Positions 62,157-64,000 of a stretch of 64,000 bases of DNA are shown piece after piece. The stretch covers positions 140,432-204,431 of the forward strand of contig JBAXAI010000001.1 of assembly GCA_037142615.1 (NCBI GenBank). The letters run 5' to 3'. The first letter of the stretch is position 1; every line of letters starts with the position of its first letter. The notes beneath the pieces were generated by a model, which was not told the origin of the DNA, searched no databases, and saw only the letters and a program-made list of their open reading frames with translations. Origin of the DNA: Spirochaetales bacterium (lineage in GTDB: Bacteria > Spirochaetota > Spirochaetia > JABEVK01). The translations under genes and the position numbers were made by a program.

Positions 62157-62388
62157 AGAGGTCGAAGGTCGGGTCAGCCAAGTTCCCACCTAGCGCCAAG
62201 TTCCCCGGGTTCAGCAGGATTTCGACCTTCTTTTCCATCTTGTCGAGTTCTTTCTCCAGACCCTGTGCCAGCTGGATGCCTTCCTCAAACTGTGCCAGCG
62301 CCGCATCCAAGGGCGTGGCAGGCGACTTGATCGAGGCAGTCAGTTGCTCGAGCCGAGTCAGTCGTTCCTCAAAGCTTTTCATCTTCAA
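62131..62388 (-). CDS. xseB: Exodeoxyribonuclease VII small subunit
   Basis: SFEERLTRLEQLTASIKSPATPLDAALAQFEEGIQLAQGLEKEL is the typical XseB helical hairpin. Confidence 0.8.
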   Translation of the reverse strand: MKMKSFEERLTRLEQLTASIKSPATPLDAALAQFEEGIQLAQGLEKELDKMEKKVEILLNPGNLALGGNLADPTFDLFSELPKAP

Positions 62389-63580
62389 TCTCCTTGACCT
62401 GGACCAAGGCCCGGCCGCGATGGAATCTTATCGTCAACGGGTCGCCGGCTGTCAGGCGGTCAACGCCTGAAACGGGCGTGCCCTGCCGATCCGTAACCAG
62501 GGCGTAGCCTCGCTCAAGAACCGCGAGCGGGCTCAGAGCTTCCAGCGTGGCCTTCTGATGGTTGACCTGCACCCGTACTTCGGCCAGTCGCTGCGCCAAA
62601 GCGCCAAGCAGGTCTTCTTTGGCGTCGTCAAAGCGCTGATAGGTTGGCTGCAAGACCCGGCGAAGGGTTTCTTCCAGCCGCTCCGGCCGATAGTCGGTCA
62701 GGGCCAGTCGCGTTCGCTCCAGTCGGGACCTGATCAACTGCGCCAGATCCGTTCGGGTTGAGGCCAACGCAGGCCTTAACACCGACCAAGTCCGAGCCAA
62801 GGTTTCGGCTGCTGCCGTGGGGGTCGGGCACCGGAGGTCGGCCGCCAGGTCGCTCAGCGGATTGTCGATCTCATGACCTACGGCAGAAATAACGGGCAAC
62901 CGGCAAGCGGCAATACTCCGGACCACCGCTTCGTCAGAAAACGGCAAAAGATCTTCGACGGCGCCACCACCCCGACCCACAACCAGGACGTCTGCCAAGG
63001 CCTGCACCGAGACGTAGTCGATCATCGTGGCAATCTGTCTGCCCGCCTCGGCCCCCTGGACGAGCACTGGAAACACCCGGATCTTGGCGGTGACACGGTG
63101 ATGCTGAAAGATGCGGAGCATGTCTTGCAGGGCTGCGCCTCCGGGGCTGGTGACGAGCCCTATCACGGCCGGAGCGAGGGGAATGGGCCGCTTCCGTTCG
63201 GCGGCAAACAGCCCCTCGGCATCCAGGCTCCGCTTGAGGCGTTCCAGCCTGGCCAGCAGGTCCCCGAGCCCCAAGGGCTCAATCGTGGCGACCACCAGTT
63301 GGTACGAACCTTGGGGCTCGTAGACCGACAGCCGGCCCGAAATGCGTACCTTTTGGCCATCTTCCGGGACGAAGGGGGTCCCTCGTGCATTCCAAGCGAA
63401 CCATACGACTTTGACAACGGCCTTTTCGTCTTTCAGTGAAAAATACAGGTGTTTGCCGGCCGTGGTCCTCAGGCCGGTGATCTCGCCCTCGACGACAAGG
63501 CTGGTCAAGCCGGTTTCTAGCAGGTCTTTGATCAGCGCAGTCAGACCAGAAACCGAGAGCACTCCAGTGGGGGCGGGCAT
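62369..63580 (-). CDS. xseA: Exodeoxyribonuclease VII large subunit
   Basis: An N-terminal OB-fold (LVVEGEITGLRTTAGKHLYFSLKDEKA) is followed by a catalytic domain (GRGGGAVEDLLPFSDE). It overlaps xseB. Confidence 0.9.
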   Translation of the reverse strand: MPAPTGVLSVSGLTALIKDLLETGLTSLVVEGEITGLRTTAGKHLYFSLKDEKAVVKVVWFAWNARGTPFVPEDGQKVRISGRLSVYEPQGSYQLVVATIEPLGLGDLLARLERLKRSLDAEGLFAAERKRPIPLAPAVIGLVTSPGGAALQDMLRIFQHHRVTAKIRVFPVLVQGAEAGRQIATMIDYVSVQALADVLVVGRGGGAVEDLLPFSDEAVVRSIAACRLPVISAVGHEIDNPLSDLAADLRCPTPTAAAETLARTWSVLRPALASTRTDLAQLIRSRLERTRLALTDYRPERLEETLRRVLQPTYQRFDDAKEDLLGALAQRLAEVRVQVNHQKATLEALSPLAVLERGYALVTDRQGTPVSGVDRLTAGDPLTIRFHRGRALVQVKEIEDEKL

Positions 63581-63639
63581 GGGCTCAGCTTAGCGTTTTT
63601 TCTTGCCAAACGCAACAAATCTGACGATGATAGGGGTGC

Positions 63640-64000
63640 ATGAAAACGCTGGTCCTGCTCGCCCATTTTCACCGATCCCCGTTCCTGAACCACCTGTGGG
63701 ATGGGCTGACTTCCACGAACAGGATCCGCCATTCGCTGCAGAACGTACTTCCCGACTCTCCGTGCGTAGAAGTCGGTCCCTTTGCAACCCTTGTGGAGTA
63801 CTTCCGGGCCCTCGCAACCGCCGCAGCAGGCTTCGAGGAAGTTGTGCTCGCGAGCGCCGATACGCCTTTCCTACGTGGCGATACCGGACTGGAGTTGTTG
63901 GAACTTCACCGGCGTTACCAGGCCGACTACACCTTTGCTGACGGCTTTCCCATTGGTCTCACCCCCGAGATCTTTCACCCTCGCATCCTTGCCGTTTTGA
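63640..64000 (+). CDS. Hypothetical protein, N-terminal portion. It is open to the right window edge and is not in the ORF track.
   Basis: I translated from ATG 63640: MKTLVLLAHFHRSPFLNH...DGFPIGLTPEIFHPRILAVL. There is no stop before position 64000. It lies divergent from xseA. Confidence 0.35.
   Translation, partial: MKTLVLLAHFHRSPFLNHLWDGLTSTNRIRHSLQNVLPDSPCVEVGPFATLVEYFRALATAAAGFEEVVLASADTPFLRGDTGLELLELHRRYQADYTFADGFPIGLTPEIFHPRILAVL

Overview
This is a gene-dense, about 58-60% GC, chromosomal core region of a diderm bacterium with no sign of a classical mobile island. I found no rRNA, tRNA, CRISPR array, transposase or integrase. Several hints point to a spirochaete-like lineage, but the taxon is inferred and not established: many L-x-x-C lipobox lipoproteins, a FapA/DUF342 protein, an HTH-fused PTS EIIA, an LptD-like protein and a 419-aa PGK. 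About 53 protein-coding genes are packed mostly head-to-tail, with frequent ATGA/GTGA/TTGA stop-start overlaps and several TTG/GTG starts. Recognisable housekeeping genes, in order, include secA (5' partial), nnr, two NUDIX hydrolases, gpmA, a GH18 chitinase lipoprotein, pgi-thioredoxin, ubiB, ferredoxin, FapA, zwf-opcA, murI-rsgA-mutS2, uvrA, an LptD/OstA-like outer-membrane protein, phoH-ybeY-corC, gap-pgk-tpiA-secG with an internal hairpin, a SurA-like PPIase, nusB, map, htrA, a phosphoribosyltransferase and xseB-xseA. The accessory-looking content is a set of very large exported proteins. One is a 1508-aa beta-helix surface protein. A second is a 1069-aa helical secreted protein. A third is a 1579-aa membrane sensor whose exterior has BNR/Asp-box (sialidase-type) repeats and whose interior has HAMP plus SpoIIE/PP2C phosphatase domains; this third gene heads a six-gene, translationally coupled operon of uncharacterised exported and membrane proteins. 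Other accessory features are an orphan HTH-PTS-EIIA regulator and a NUDIX/membrane/ankyrin cluster. A 600-bp stretch at 5420-6026 has no convincing gene and could hold an ncRNA. The high GC produces many long antisense shadow ORFs in the six-frame track, which I rejected.
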